From Anthoceros angustus (Eukaryota; Plantae; Anthocerotophyta), in NCBI GenBank assembly GCA_010909165.1, contig MU008165.1, positions 806,001 to 870,000 of the forward strand: a stretch of 64,000 bases of DNA, read 5' to 3'. This document shows, piece by piece, positions 12,761 to 26,199 of the stretch. The position numbers and the translations under genes are program-made. Below the pieces are notes generated by a model. It had not been told where the DNA came from. It did no database searches and was given only the letters and a program-made list of their open reading frames with translations. Within the stretch, counting starts at the first letter, position 1; the number at the start of each line of letters is the position of its first letter.

Positions 12761-14430
12761 GCTTGGTAAAAAGTCCCAGCAATTTTGACCTTTTAACTTT
12801 TTTCGGACGTTACGGTGTCTGATTCAAAGGACATATTCTATTGGGGTTGACGGGGTGTAAACAGGTGATCCCGGTGGTGCATAGTCTTCGGAGTAATGCT
12901 TTTTCATTTGCTCAGACGGTCTAGATAAAAGTTTATCATCTCAAAGATTCCCAGACGTGAATATTTCTACAAGCAATTTTATTTGTTAGTAATAGAGTTT
13001 TTAAAATTCCAAACAAGCAATTTAATATACTAACCTCAAACAGTGCAAACAACTCCTTTTGTTTCTTCGATAACTACAAACGAAGGTAGAACAGGTCAGT
13101 AAGTTACCTCCATGTCAAGTCGAAGGACGTCCTGCTCGGTAAATACCTTTCTGACTAACGTCATGCAGGTGCTGTGAAGATTCCCTACACTACGAAAGTG
13201 TGACTTTATGTTCTGGATAATGGGCAGATGTTAGAAATATGCAATTGAAGAATATAACTTAAGAATATAACTTGTAAATTTAAGAAATTACCTTTTGAAT
13301 GTTTTTTGTTGTCTCTGGATCCTCCATAAGCGCCAACAGGTCTGTAGTTTTGAGCTCTTTATTTTGAATGGCTTCAGATATCTCTACAAGTCACAACATG
13401 GGAAATTTAGGCATAAATAAACATTATAAAAAACAAAAATGCAAAGGTACTTACTTTTCTGAATCTCTATATACTGTTCAAAGGTTGGTGTAGTCCCATC
13501 TGCGTTGAGGATTGGCTGCACTGGGTCTTTGAGGCTATGCTCCCATATGGGAGCATATTTGTTTTTGAACTCTTGAAAAATCTGTGGATACTGGTAGTTA
13601 ATCATCCATTTTCCAAATTCAGTGAATTCTTTAGAAGGGCCATAAGTTGGAGCATTGTCTTGAGTCCTCTATTTTCCTCTTTTTTCCTGTAAAATGGAGA
13701 ATTTTGTTAAACAGAGGATATTGCATTTTGTTAAATGGGATATAAGACTTGAGTCATAATTTTGACCAACGATGTGAGATGTCCGTTTTGTTGATTTTGT
13801 CGTCGATGTCGTGTATTTTGTCTTTGATTTCTTTAGCTTGTGCTTGTTCTGAGACTGTAAACACATAGTTAACAAATTGGCGTGAAATACTACATGATGT
13901 AAATGCATTTATTTATTTACCTCTAGTATTGATTGAATGGAGATTTGATGCCGTTAAATCTTGACTAGAGTCATTGTCTCCAACTCTAAGCTGTCTTTGT
14001 TCGTAAGTTCTTTTTAATATCCTGTATGTTAACTTTTATAAAGTGACTTCATATCCATCTTGGATGAAATTTTATAAGGCCGGTAGAAAGTCGTACCTTT
14101 TTATCTTGTCCAATTGAGCAGGCATCTGGGTAAGGAGCTGTAAGTCTTTTTTGTCCATCGATGAAAACATGGTGTGCTCCGTGAGAACTGGAAAACATGC
14201 ATAAAGTTAGTTCATCATTCAAAAACTCGAGCATTTCGGTTCTCAACTATAGTATCTTTTCAATGGTGTACCTTTTTCCACGGTCTTTCTTATTTCAAGG
14301 AGTGGGATTTCAAACTCCGATTTCGTGCCATATCCTGGATCCCCATGGGCGGGAGCATGATTGTTTGACCGCCAGCTGTCAACGTTCGTGGGTTCTGCAC
14401 TTTCGTCGTGGCTTTCTGTCAAAATGACCG
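12760..14430 (-). pseudogene. Multi-exon gene of unknown function, probably carried by a DNA transposon
   Basis: About eight short GT..AG introns on the minus strand (e.g. gtaagtacc..ttgtag, gtaatttc..tccag). Exons include KTMLQLMALLKEFTEFGKWMINYQYPQIFQEFKNKYAPIWEHSLKDP and RYLKPFKIKELKTTDLLALMEDPETTKNIQK. Confidence 0.6.
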
Positions 14431-14449
14431 TGTTAGATAGCGGTGAGAA

Positions 14450-17400
14450 CGACGATTTGAGCGTCCGACGAAAATTAAAGGAGACCGAGATGACATAGCC
14501 TCGCGGATGGACATGGAAGCGAGTGGAGGGAAAGGGTGGTTATGGCCTGTAGGAGAGGATGGCCATTGCCCCGGCGGCATATGTCACAGGTCGAGAGGGC
14601 GAAGCGGGTTATTGCGAAATGAACGCATAAAGGCGCCAGCAGTGCGGATCTAACATAGCTGCGAAAATCGCGGCGGCAAGGTTGGAGCACGTGCCATGGC
14701 ACATAATGATGGAAGTAGTCTTCCCTATTGTCCTCCGGTGCATAGACCCCGATGTGTACAAGGCGGTGGTCAAGTTAGGCCGGTATGCGGTGGATTTGCC
14801 GGACAATACGCCATGAAATCCAAGCAATGAAAGAGGAGGCAGCGAGGGTGATGTGCGATCCGGAAAAGCAATTCCCTCCAAAATGTTTGATATATCGACT
14901 CACGATAATCCATCTAGTGGACGGTAGGTAATTGTGGGGTGCACAGGTGGATGTACCGAAAGATACCTTGGGACGAGGAAGCGGGATCGGCGTAGGAGGC
15001 CGGAGGCATATAGCGTTGGGGTACTTGAAGGAGGAGAGCATGCACTATGGGATGGCATTTTGCGGCGTTATTATGGTCACGTTGGAGGGCTATGGAGTGC
15101 GGCGAGAGAGAGAAGGTACTCGGTCTTTGGGAGGCCGTACAAATTGGATGCCGTGGAGGCACGCACGCACTGCGTATGTGTTGTACCACATGGAGGTGAT
15201 GCCGTTTCTAGATATGTCAGGAAGAGGGGAGGTATGGTTCACGTGGAGACCGGCGAACTTTCAAGGTTTGGGCGCATGCGGGAAGGGCTGCCATGGGAGA
15301 ATCACCCGGCTATGATGATGAAGTGCGCGCTATCATGGACGGTCCACGAATGGAGGCGGTAGCTTATCGGCATATGTGGAACAAAGGCAGCCACCTTAGA
15401 ACTATAGAGGCGAGATAGGCGCGGAGCACTAAGACAGTCGGTGCTCGCAAAATTTTTAATGAGCGGACGAGGCGGATGAAGGTTGTGAAGGAGGCGAGTG
15501 TTTTATGGTCACATAGAAATTTTTGCGTGCACTTGGGAGGAGTACAAGCTGTTATCAAGGTTCGTTGATGCAGTGTGAGCCGAGTGGACCCAGCCATCAT
15601 TGCGGACATCGTACACATTCGACAGTGAACATGGAGAGACTTTGCACATCTGAGTGCGCTCCATCGATGGCCCATTTGTGTGGCCCTCACAGGTAACCCA
15701 GTGCATGCTACATCCAGGCGATGGATGAAAACATCGGGTGGCGGTGGCGGTTCCGCACCCACGGGATGGAGGGGTAGGAACCCATGGATTGAGGCGAGAT
15801 AGGAATGATCGTGGTGGGGTAGAGATGATGGCGCAAGTGACGGGTTTGCCGACCTCCATAATATGGCGGGCTTGCGGCATTAATCCTCCGTATATGAACG
15901 AATAAGCGTCGATTACCAGCCATGAACACTAAATGCCTCGAATGCACATTGGTGACGGCACCCGATGGTAGGTAGTCAATGAACAAGGGATATGAGTGCG
16001 AGAAGCGGCGTCCAGGCGTCATGTTTAATTGCCTCGAAGGGCGCCAAGGATGGCTCATATGTTTCAAATCTAAGGCCGCCGGTTATGCGGAGTGCGATAC
16101 CGCCATGAGGGACGAAGGAAGGAAAAGGTTGCCTACAGAGGAGCCAAAAAATTGCGGAAGGAAGGCTGAGCGCATGCACGAAATGGCGTGGACGGATAGA
16201 GGTGGCCAAGGATGTCGGCCGTATGCGGCCGGCAGACCTACCATCGGAGGCGTCTCGGTGACGAGAGACCGTAGGAAGGTGGAGGGATGAGGAGGGGTAC
16301 GTCTTGCCTATCCTCCTCATCCGCCCCATCCACCTTCCGCTCAATCGGCGAGCACGGTGGGAGGAGGCTGCCATCGCGCAAAGGAGGCAACAAAGCGTGA
16401 AGGGGAAGCCGCGATGGCGGGCACAGTGGGTTCGGGTTCGATGGCGTGAAACTTGGCACCTTCCATCCCCGACGACGACGCAATTGGAGCAATGCAGCCG
16501 AGGACATGGACCAAGAAAGCGAAATCTTTGGACCGAGTTAGTGTGTTGTGGCACACGGATGATCGGTGACGCTCACGCAACACATTGTACTGTTATACAT
16601 ATCCGGTGTCCAGGGATGAAGCGTCATTTCCATGTGCATTGTGTGAATGCGATTGGATGTGCGAAGGCGATGGATGGCAAGTAGGGGGAATGGGAACTAT
16701 CAAGTGGAAGAGGAGAACAACCCGTCACGCTTCCATGCGGAGGAGTTGGATGTAAGAGGAGGAGGCGAAAATGCGGGAATGCAGAAGGTATGAGACACGA
16801 GCAGACGGTCGGAGGAGGAGGACAGCGAAGGACCGGCGGGTGCGAGGCCCTAGAAAGGGAATGGCGGGCGGAATTTGTTTGCGAGGTGTCATATCAACCG
16901 GCGAGGCGGGGAAGGACGAGGCACAATAGATGTGAATGCCCTCGTAAATGGTGTTGATAAGGCCTTGGTGAATGCTTTGCTGCACAAGCATGGAGTGAAA
17001 TGGCTGAGGCATAATTATGAGTTGTGAAAGGCGGCGAGCACCATTCGGTGGGCTAAGCGAAGGAGACACGAAGAAATCTTGGAGCTAGTCGGGACAAAGG
17101 TTGTGAGCGACACAGGGTACTGACAAGGTGGAGGGACGTTCAAAAGCAGAAGGCCGGTTAATCAAGTGTGTGGCGGAAGCCTTCCAGTTAGTCTTTGAAG
17201 TCGTGCATAAGTAGACATTTCTCTCAAATGGCGGACGCGGAATGCCGATGTGGATGTGCGAAGGCCGTTCTGGAAGAGAGGAAAAGGGGAACTACCTCCA
17301 TAGGAAACCTTCCATGGTGGACGATGAAGAGTGGAAGATGCCTTAGCATGGGCACGACACGTGAAAAGGAGCCGTTTTTCCATCCAAGCATGAAATAGCG

Positions 17401-19780
17401 AAGGAGAGACTAGCAGAAATGGCGGTATGGGTCCAAACCCGTGGGGAAAGGGAGGTCGGACTGGGTGTTGCGGTTTCACAAGCGGTATGGCACGTATCCT
17501 GCAGATGACGAGGCGGTATGGCATGCTAGAAGGGGACAAACATGGAAGGGTCCATGCGAAGGCGATTCGGTGCGGAGTTCCTCGGGCGTGTGAGGGAGGC
17601 AAAGTATGGGTCCCACGAGATGCGAGATTGCCGGGATAACGCGGGAAAGGACTGCGTTCTGAATGATATAGAGTTGGAGAAGGATCCCGATCTCGTGGCC
17701 TTCCAAGGAGGAGGATAGTGGAATGGGTCAATCCTTCCCGCGGACGGTGGGCGCTAGATGTGAGGCGGGGAAGCCATTCGAGCAGCGGGGAGCCACAAGC
17801 ATGTGGTGGAGCGCACAAATGTGGAAGGAAGGGCGAATGGGGGGACAAGAAGGCGGTGGAACCCGACATGGAGAGGGGCGTCACGAGGTGAGCGATCAAC
17901 CATGGGAGGACAGGACATCAAGGCGGTGGTAGGCCATGGAGCACCAAATGATGAGAACAAAAGCGGTGCGGCCGAGAGAAGAACGCTTACACGGTGGGGC
18001 AAACTCGTGACGTGTCAGCGAGGCAAGGCGGACATCGCCGACTATGGCGAGGCGATGAGGTGGTGGTCCTGACACCACGAACGGCCGTGGTTGTGGCGAA
18101 CATAGCGATCATGATCGTGAGGGGGCATGGTGGTGTGGGTGCCTCGGGAAAACGGGGCAACGAAGAACATGGTAGGAGAGGGGCGTCGGTATAAGTGAGT
18201 TGTACATGGGGCCGGTACACATCCATGGCGATCGGCGGACATCAAGGTGGTAGTGGCAGGATGGGCGGGATGGACAATGGAGGAGGCGGGGGGGGGCCGT
18301 GGGGTGACGACATGTGTGCGCAATGGTGCCAAAAATTGCCTCGGGCGGGCGGGAATGGAGGCGCGAGAAATGAGACATCATCACGGGATCCAGTGACCTC
18401 CAATGGAGCCGGCCACGGCGTCACGACATGGTGACGATGAGGAAGAGCAGGAGGTGGCGGAAGAGGATGGAGATGTGAACGCGCGTGCCGAACTTTGTAC
18501 CCGACATACCGCCGAGTCGATCCGAGAGCATGGACTGCAGGGGCTCAAAAGGTCGCAACCTATGGAGGATGGAGGAGGCCGGAAGAGGAAAGGAAGGGAA
18601 TGCCCGGCAAGGCGGATGGGGAAGGAAGAGTTACACGGTCGAGGGTGTGGCGGTGACAAAACCTGCGGAGGTGGGCGGGGCAAACAAAGAGAAGGCCGAG
18701 AAGGTAAGCACTTGCAATTGCCTCGTGTTTGTGCTACAGCCAAGGGCCATGGGAATGGCATGTGGTCATATGTTCTTGCAATCGAAGCAGGTGGAATCGC
18801 GGGCTGACGGAAGGAAAACCAGCCGCTTGAGGAAGGAAGGGCAAAATCGGTAAGTGTGGGAGGTGCAGTTTCCGGCTGCATCGACGAGAGTAGGCCTTCA
18901 AAAAGCAGGCGGGGCAGAGAATGCCAACCACAACCCCCAATTCACCCCTCCGGTGAGGAGGAGCCGGTAGGTCGCGGATGGAGATTGCGGTTCATTCCTC
19001 GCGACGAGTGAGCACGGACACGCGGATGCGGATGCCGGTAGATTCATCCCGCCCAGGGAGGACGCCAATTTTGGATGTGGATGCGGCAAAGAACCGCATG
19101 TTATCGTAGGGTGCGAAACTACGTCTTCGTTGTTCTTGTGGGTATAAGGGTTTCCAAAACAAGTACCCTATACGGGACGCCCACAAGGGCACGAAATACG
19201 AGTGGACGTGAAAGGCCTGCAGTGAATAGGGTGGAACGACAGCGTAAAATTTGCGGCCGCGTATTGCAAAAGCAGGAGTGGACAAATCTGATACCACTTA
19301 TGCGTGTACATAATTTGAAAAGGCATCGTATATAAATTTTGAGTAATGACATCGGGCAATACATCGTGCACGGAAGCCAAGGCATATTATATACTTATAG
19401 TGCATACATAACAATAAAGGGGAAAACAAAGGAATGAAAGCAATAATGGCAAACCCACATGGGAAGGAGGTTCGGTACCAAGCCTCAAAGCGTAACATAA
19501 GAGGGTGTAACACTTTGGTTGTTGCAAATATGTTGAAATTTTGAAAGGGCCAAATACCTCTCACTACAATGCAACAAAATTGCAACAAGGTATGTATTGT
19601 AACAAGATGGAGGTTGGTTACCAAGCACAAGGGCCAAATAAGTGTAACAAGACCCCAAGATTTCAACATAATTGCAACATGGGGGTTCAAATCTTAACAA
19701 AAATTAACATAGAGGCCATTTCTAGTAGGCTAGCGTGACCAACGATGTGGTGTTCTACTATGAAATTCCATATGTTGACA
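14450..19780 (-). mobile_element. Degenerate Ty3/Gypsy LTR retrotransposon with Met PBS (chromovirus-like); 3' LTR missing
   Basis: Minus strand: LTR, PBS, P/S-rich gag region, RT remnant (RFETYEP..APF), RNase H remnant (LDVACTGL..TQ; DHKTL), integrase remnant (STAYRP; YQTFWREL). Order is RT-RH-IN. Confidence 0.7.
19287..19780 (-). repeat. 5' LTR (19301-19780, TG..CA) and PBS (19287-19296) of the Gypsy element
   Basis: Minus strand reads TGTCAACA...ACGCA taag TGGTATCAGA. Confidence 0.65.
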
Positions 19781-19929
19781 AGGTTGATTCTTTGGCTGTT
19801 TGTTTGTTGTTTTCATTTCTTTTGGAGTTTCCGATTGTGTTCTTCTTGGCATTGTGAATCCGACTAGTGTAAGCGTATACATCCCTCATTTCAACATTGA
19901 TACGTTTCGAGGGAAGTCGATTAGCCCCT

Positions 19930-22900
19930 CTGGAGGGTGTGAACGTAAAAGTTTGGGCAACTGGCTCAAATCCGCCAAAACGAACAAGTTTGATTTTTTG
20001 GCTAAGAGCGATTGAAGAAGCATGCGGAAAACTTCGAGAATCTTGAAACAGTTGTAAAATTGTTAGGAAGTGAAAAGGATATCGAAGAAGAAGCGGTCGA
20101 AAGCGACCCCAGACGAGCGGCGGTCGAAGATTGGTAGGGCGAGACTACCCGTGACTGCCACCACCTTGATGAAAAAGAGCGAGACTACCGTTGGCGGACT
20201 ACAGCGGTGCCGGGGAATCGGCAGAAAAAGAATATGAGGATATCCACTATATATGCTCACCAATAGGGATAAATATAAAGAGTAATTAATGATTAATTGC
20301 GATAGAAATAGGAAAATAGGTATAGATAGATTAGGATTTTGAATGATGAACCAATCTAGGGTTGGGAACTCTCCGGTGGCGAGCATCCAAGGAGGCAAAG
20401 TGCGTTTGGGCGGCCAACTCTCTCTTGAGCAGGCATCCTCACCCAGGCTGGGCGGGAGGCTGGGCGTGGGGCGGAAGAAGGAAGGTTGCTATCACCGCCA
20501 TGGCCGCCACTCTGGCCCGAAGAAAGGAGGCTGCGCGGTGAAGGAGGAGAACCCTAGCAGTTGAGCGCAAGAGGAGGAAGGAAAGAGGGGCCAGCCGGTG
20601 GAAGGACCTTCAGCAGAGAGGAGGAGGAGTCGGGCGCGAGAGGCGCGGAGGAGCGAGCGAGGTGAAGGCGTGTGAAGGAAAAGGGGGACGCACCCTCCCT
20701 TGCCACAGAGGAAGAATCGCCGGAGAATTGGCGGCGGGCGTCAACTCCAAGCTAAGGATTGTTGTCGGGTGGGCTTTGCCCGGTGTGAAGAAGGGTTTGG
20801 AGAAGCCTCGGAGGGCACACCATTGGAGTAATTCCTTCCTTGAAGCATTTGGAGAAAGGCCATGCCTCGGGGGAAAAGGCAAGGGAAGGAACCCTAAGGC
20901 TCCTCCTCGAGAGGAAAGGAAGAAGCGTGGAGGCTGCGCCCGGGGAGGGTGTGATGCCCCAATTCACTTGCTTTTGGGCGCAACCCCGGGATTTGGTTGA
21001 TTTTCGGCAATGGGCGGAGGATAACATCAATTGGGATGGGTGTATGGCCAATGGGCCTACACCAATTTGGAGTTGATTGAGAGTGTTCATCAATCTCCAT
21101 CAATCGAGCGCCCTGCGTTAGGAAAGGAATGCTCGAGCGGATCCCATTGTTAGTAAGGAGCATTCGGCAGTGTATGGGAGGAGAGGAAGCTCGGAATTGC
21201 TCTCCTCGAAAGGTCAAATGGAGGAGAGGGCGGCCCTCTCAGAAATTCCGGAACTCCTCGACATGATGGATGGAGGTGAGGCCCATGCCAGAATGGGTGG
21301 AAGCAGGACATCAAGGAGGCTGAAGTGGAGGCTCTTTGGTGTCTTTGGGGTTGGTAAATTACGGGCGTCCTATTTGACACCAACTTCAATTTTGTGGAAG
21401 ATTTCCATGAGAGCCAAGCCGGATTGGGGCACCATCATGTATGGCCTACATCCACCAGGAGAAATCCTCAAGCCAAATTGTGGATGAGGAAGGCCACCTT
21501 ATCGGCACCTATTTGGTGCATTTGTGGGAAAGCGGAAGGGGCTTCTCACAAGCAAGGAGTTGGAAGATGCTTGGCATCCTTGGAGATAATTCATCTCGGC
21601 CAAGCTTGGAAAGGCCTTTGCCTTTTGCATTGAGGAAAAGTGGGAGGTCAGGACCTCCACAAGCATGCTAGGAGCAAGGCGGAAGAGAGGGAGGCCAAGG
21701 GGAGTGGGAGCTTTTCCCCACAAGCAAGGAGAGGAGCAAGAGCGGAGGGCCAAGTGGTAGTCTATGAGAGGAGACTACGGCTCCAAGGGTGGGAGTCCCC
21801 ACCATTGCATGGGCCTAGGGAAGAGGCACCCGGCCTGTGGGCTGACCTAGGGGTGAGACTACCGTGGTAGCGGACTACCAGTGAGGGCGACCTGGGTAGG
21901 CCTCGGTGGCGGCCTGTAGGGAAGGAAGGAAAGCGGTAGCCGTGGCGCGAGGCCGCCGCCCCCATTGGGAAGGCGGATGGAGGCGGCGGTGAGGGGACCC
22001 GCGCGCATGGTCCACAGTGCGGAAATTTCCAGCAAGAAGGTGGCGGAATTAGGACCCCTAGGAGACTTCTTTGAGTGCTTGTGAAGCACTCGGGTGTGGG
22101 TTGAAGGGGCTAGGGACCTAGCAGCCTCCTTGTGGGCGTGCCAAGAGGATGAAAGCCCAAGGCGAGGACTAAATGGCAATTGGAGGCCATGGAGTCGATG
22201 AGGAAGCGAAAGTGGAGAAGCTCAGCGACCTCATGGATGGCGGTGAGCGGAAAGTCTGGAAGGGAAGGTGAAGAGGGCTATTGGGGCAACCCAGCAGGAT
22301 TCATGGAGAGGCGGAGAGCACTTTGCCCAATTAGAGCAAAGAAAGGGCAAAGCGGAGGCTCTCGGAAGGAAGAGGTAGCGGTCCAGCAATTGGGACGAGA
22401 GCGGTGATGGCTACAAGCCATCAAAATCCGGACATGGAAGAGGAAGAATTGCGGAAGGTTCAATTTGGAAGAAATTTGGAGGCTCAAGACCTAAGACCCC
22501 AAGAGTTGGGCGAGAGTGCTTGGCGGAGAGGAGAGACTTGCCAAGCAAATGGTGGCTGGAACAAAAGGTTCCAGAGGAGGAGCACCACAAGAAGGTGGTG
22601 CAGAATCTTTGGTAGTAGGAAGCGAGATTTTTGGGCGAGCCCTTGAGGCCAGCCGCTAAAGAAGTGAGGGAGGAGAATGTGACCTCCATGTCAAGGTGGA
22701 GAATTGACCACCTCAAGGGGCCTACAAGGTAGGTGTGAGGATGGAGAGTGTACGGAGTTGATGATCTCAAATGCAATATCATAGCTTGGGGCTCACCTCC
22801 AGAGAAGGCCAACAAATCTTGCGTTTGGCCAAGGAGGACAATAGGTCCTCATGATGATGGAGGAAGGGGGCCAGTGGTGGGGAGGCCTCGATTTTGAGGC

Positions 22901-24400
22901 CATCAGTGAATGGACTCAGGAATCGGTGAGGAGGTGGAGGAGGCGTGGCGCCAAGGGGAGGCGAAGGATGGCGGAGGAGCAAGGAGGACGGCCCCTCCCA
23001 GGGGTCACCTACCATGGTAGGTGACCACCTACCAGGAGTCTGCCCGGACTACCGTGGTGACTCAACCACCTCGGTATGCGCGGACTAGGGGTGAGCACCT
23101 GTAGCAGGCTTCGGTCGGGAGCTGTGAGGAGCCGGGGGTCGTGTATACCCCTGGAGGCGGAAGAGGTGGTGGGAGACAACCCAGGAGGAGGACGGTCAGG
23201 CCGTCGAGGAAGAAGGGTGAAGTTCCCTCCCCCACGAGCAAGGAGAGGAGCCGGAGAGGAGGCCCGATGCAAAGGGCCGGAAGGATTAGAGAACATGGTG
23301 ACAATTGGGGGGAAGACTCTTTAAATGCTCCATGATAGGTATGGACAAATCAAGCAAGGGAGAAAAGGGCAAAAGATCTTGACCCGAGGGCCATCAGGAG
23401 AAGAAGGAAAAGAGACTACCATGGTAGGTAGTCGGCCTACCCGATGTCTGCGGACTACGCGGTGAGTCTTTGAGCGAGGCGACCGGCGGAGGAAAAGGCG
23501 CTGGAGAAGGCGCGCTGGAGACCAGGAATCAGGCGCCGCCCAGCGGATGGAGGAAGAGCAGGTACTTGCCCCACACATTAGGAAGATGACATGGGAAGGG
23601 CAAGAGCAAAAGGAGGCGAGGGCCAATCCACAGGACATCGTCCCAAGATGGGGATGGTCAAGACCATAAATGATAGAGAATAGAAGGATAGGGTGGGTGA
23701 CATCCTTTAAGGATGATCTTAGGTGAAGTTGCTAGAATAGAATTTACCGGACAATAGACTTAGGTGCGGACATTAAATCTTTGGCGGTAGGAAATAATAG
23801 AAAATTGGAAAAGGTGACTGCGGGGGTCACCTAAGGGAGGTGTATGTGGAAGGCCTCCTATAAGGAGGAGGATTTCACAAAGTAAAGTATCATGTCTTGC
23901 GCTTCCATGAGTCCTTTGCCATTCTGGAGGAATTCGTGCGGTGTGAGCCAGCCACGTAGAGTAGAGAGGAAGTCGCGGTGGTCGGAGTGCTTGGTGGAGG
24001 ACTTGCTGCAAGTGCCTAAGAGTTGCTCCCTTGTGAATGGTTGTTGTGAAATTGCTTTGCTTTGGGTGTGTGGCGTGCCGGGGAACTCGGGGTGACTACA
24101 GGAAAAGACTCACAGTGGCGCTCATGGTGTCAAACTCAAGCCCAGGAAGAACTTCTTTGGGGCCGACCCAGGCGGTTGTGCGTGAGGCGAGTCGAAGCGA
24201 TGGAGGCGAGGTTAGAATAGGAGGAAGAGGATGAGAAGATGAGTAGAGGATTAGAGGTGTAGGTGTTAGTGGAAGGCCACAGGCGAGCCTAAGGGGCAGA
24301 TCCGTCCCACCAAGTAAAGCGCTCCACAGGTGGAGAAGAGTGGTCTTAAGTAGGACGAAATCGCGGTGTGGATCGGGGGTCCACAGGCGCCGTGATAGGC
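19930..24400 (+). mobile_element. Family E copy B, with ORF-B remnant at about 20343-22900
   Basis: Colinear with copy A: TATA block at 20237-20265, GKVRLG, QWAYTNLELIE, YLVHLW, coiled-coil region, palindromes and downstream region. Confidence 0.78.
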
Positions 24401-24449
24401 TCCCTCATTCAGGCGGGACACGCAATTGTGTGTTGTGTCGTTGTAGGTC

Positions 24450-24677
24450 GAGGATTGGTGATTTTTGAGCGGTGCAAGTGGTGCAGTGCTGTAAGAGTAG
24501 AGGCGCCTTGCTGTTTAGAAGGCGAGAATTTTGTGTCTCTGCGGTGGCGATGGTCATCGCAAGGCCTCGAACTTTCACACAAGTCTCATGGGGCCGAAAC
24601 CCAGCGTCTGACGGCGGCGATTGGGATAAGTGTGGCGCTATAGTGGGAGGACCTCGGGAGTGCCGGGTTTTCCCTAC
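24450..24677 (-). repeat. Right member of the inverted-repeat pair (partner 11871-12105)
   Basis: Direct alignment by eye; ends gggttttccctac. Confidence 0.8.
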
Positions 24678-24865
24678 TACGAGGACATGGGCGGGTGATG
24701 ATTCATACGAAGTTAACTGAGCAATGTGGTACGTGGTAGCACCTTCTGGATATATTACTTGACTGTGTTGCAAATGGAAATGAAAGTGGCTTTGAGCGTG
24801 ACTTTTGAATCTCGAGCAGGGTGGAGAATGACAAATTGAAACGAAATGGAGTTTGACAAAAGGAT

Positions 24866-25520
24866 TTGGAGGCACTTATAGAGGCAGAGACGGTTGAATT
24901 ACGAGTCTCTAAGCAAAGAGAGGAGAAATCGGAGAGGAGACAAGAGCATATTAAGCATCAACGAGCGGCGGAGAAAGCGCAGCAAGAGGTTGGAGAATTA
25001 CGGTGGGAAAGACAACGGGAGGCGAAGGATGTGCCTCGAGATATTTCCATTTGCTATCTGCGAAAATCCGTCGGGATCGGTAAGCTTTATGCTTTTTTAA
25101 TCGGTTTACTAGATTGAAAATTAATGGTTGTGTTGTTTTAGGTTGTGACCTTGCGGAAGATGGTCAATTTCGTCCAAGTCCTCGGCTTCATCAATTGGTT
25201 GCCAATTATGATAATCTTGTACAAGTACCAATCAAGCCAAGTGGTCGTGAAAATTACATTTTCAATCTGTATAATTATCGATAAATTTCCCAAAATAAGG
25301 TGAGTATCAATGTTTTTATTTTAGTGTTTACTAGTAGCGTAATTACGGTTTGGGTGCTAATTTTGGTTTTGTTTGTAGGTTTCTTGTTGAGCGAGTTCAC
25401 TCTATCTTGGTATTTACTCTTCATTAGTTGAATTAAGTATTTCATGCAATTACGGATATAGGAAACTCTGCAAAGAAAAGGGTTCTTTGTTGGTTTTGTA
25501 TATCACGGATCCGCATGAAT
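24866..25520 (+). pseudogene. Spliced gene fragment of unknown function (probably transposon-borne)
   Basis: Charged exon EALIEAETVELRVSKQREEKSERRQEH, followed by introns gtaagc..ttttag (about 25080-25141) and gtgagt..tgtag (about 25301-25378). Confidence 0.45.
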
Positions 25521-25639
25521 ATTATTTAACGGAAAATGTTTTTGTCAGTTAAGCGATTTTGGTGGGATACTAGAATGAGCTTCTACTAGGCCTTTTGGTA
25601 TTCACTTGGTCGTCATGTTTTCTACTCTAGTGCTCATTT

Positions 25640-25820
25640 TCCACCTTGATGGTAGATCATATTCACCCACTTGGCATGTTTTCTACTATATTGTAATGAA
25701 TTTTACTATCTTTGGGTAAAATAATGGCCAATGGGGTCGATTCTCTCTCTAAAATTCACACTACCCACGAAAAAATCAATCAAGCGTCGAGGCCCCGAGA
25801 CGAGGCCGCCACTTTACGTT
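25640..25820 (+). repeat. Element terminus shared in inverted orientation with 31721-31900
   Basis: catgttttctacta..ttgtaatg.attttactat..aaataatg.cca..ttctctctcta..aaaaaatcaa..gaggcccc.gacg.aggccgc.actttacgt occurs in both. Confidence 0.8.
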
Positions 25821-26199
25821 GCTTTCTCTTTCTCGAATCCATTACGAAAGGGGATACATTAGAATGTTAAAATGAAGGGACTTGTGATAAGTAGAAAAGC
25901 TCTAGACTGCAGGCAACTGCAGCCAGACATCCAAGCATGCAGCAACTATTTGCATGGTATTACATGTCGGGCTCTCGACTGAACAGGAATGAACAGAATG
26001 AACACCATAGGCAGATGCATACAGAACTAATTACAAAGTACTAAAACAACGAGCCCAGAACAACAATCCATTGCACTGAACAGACCTACTTGTTTACGTC
26101 AAGGTTTAAACACAACTGTTTGCTAAAGGGAAAGGTTAAAATGCGGTCGGATGTGACTGCAGCCACTAAAGGTTGAGGCGCAAGCGCTAGTCAGTGCAC

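Noticed and set aside
14450-19000. Many short plus-strand G/R-rich ORFs
   Set aside because: Antisense shadows of the degenerate minus-strand Gypsy gag-pol.
24380-24395. Possible PBS (ca-ggcgccgt) at the end of family E copy B
   Set aside because: It lacks the initial T, the equivalent site in copy A differs, and no matching LTR pair could be defined.
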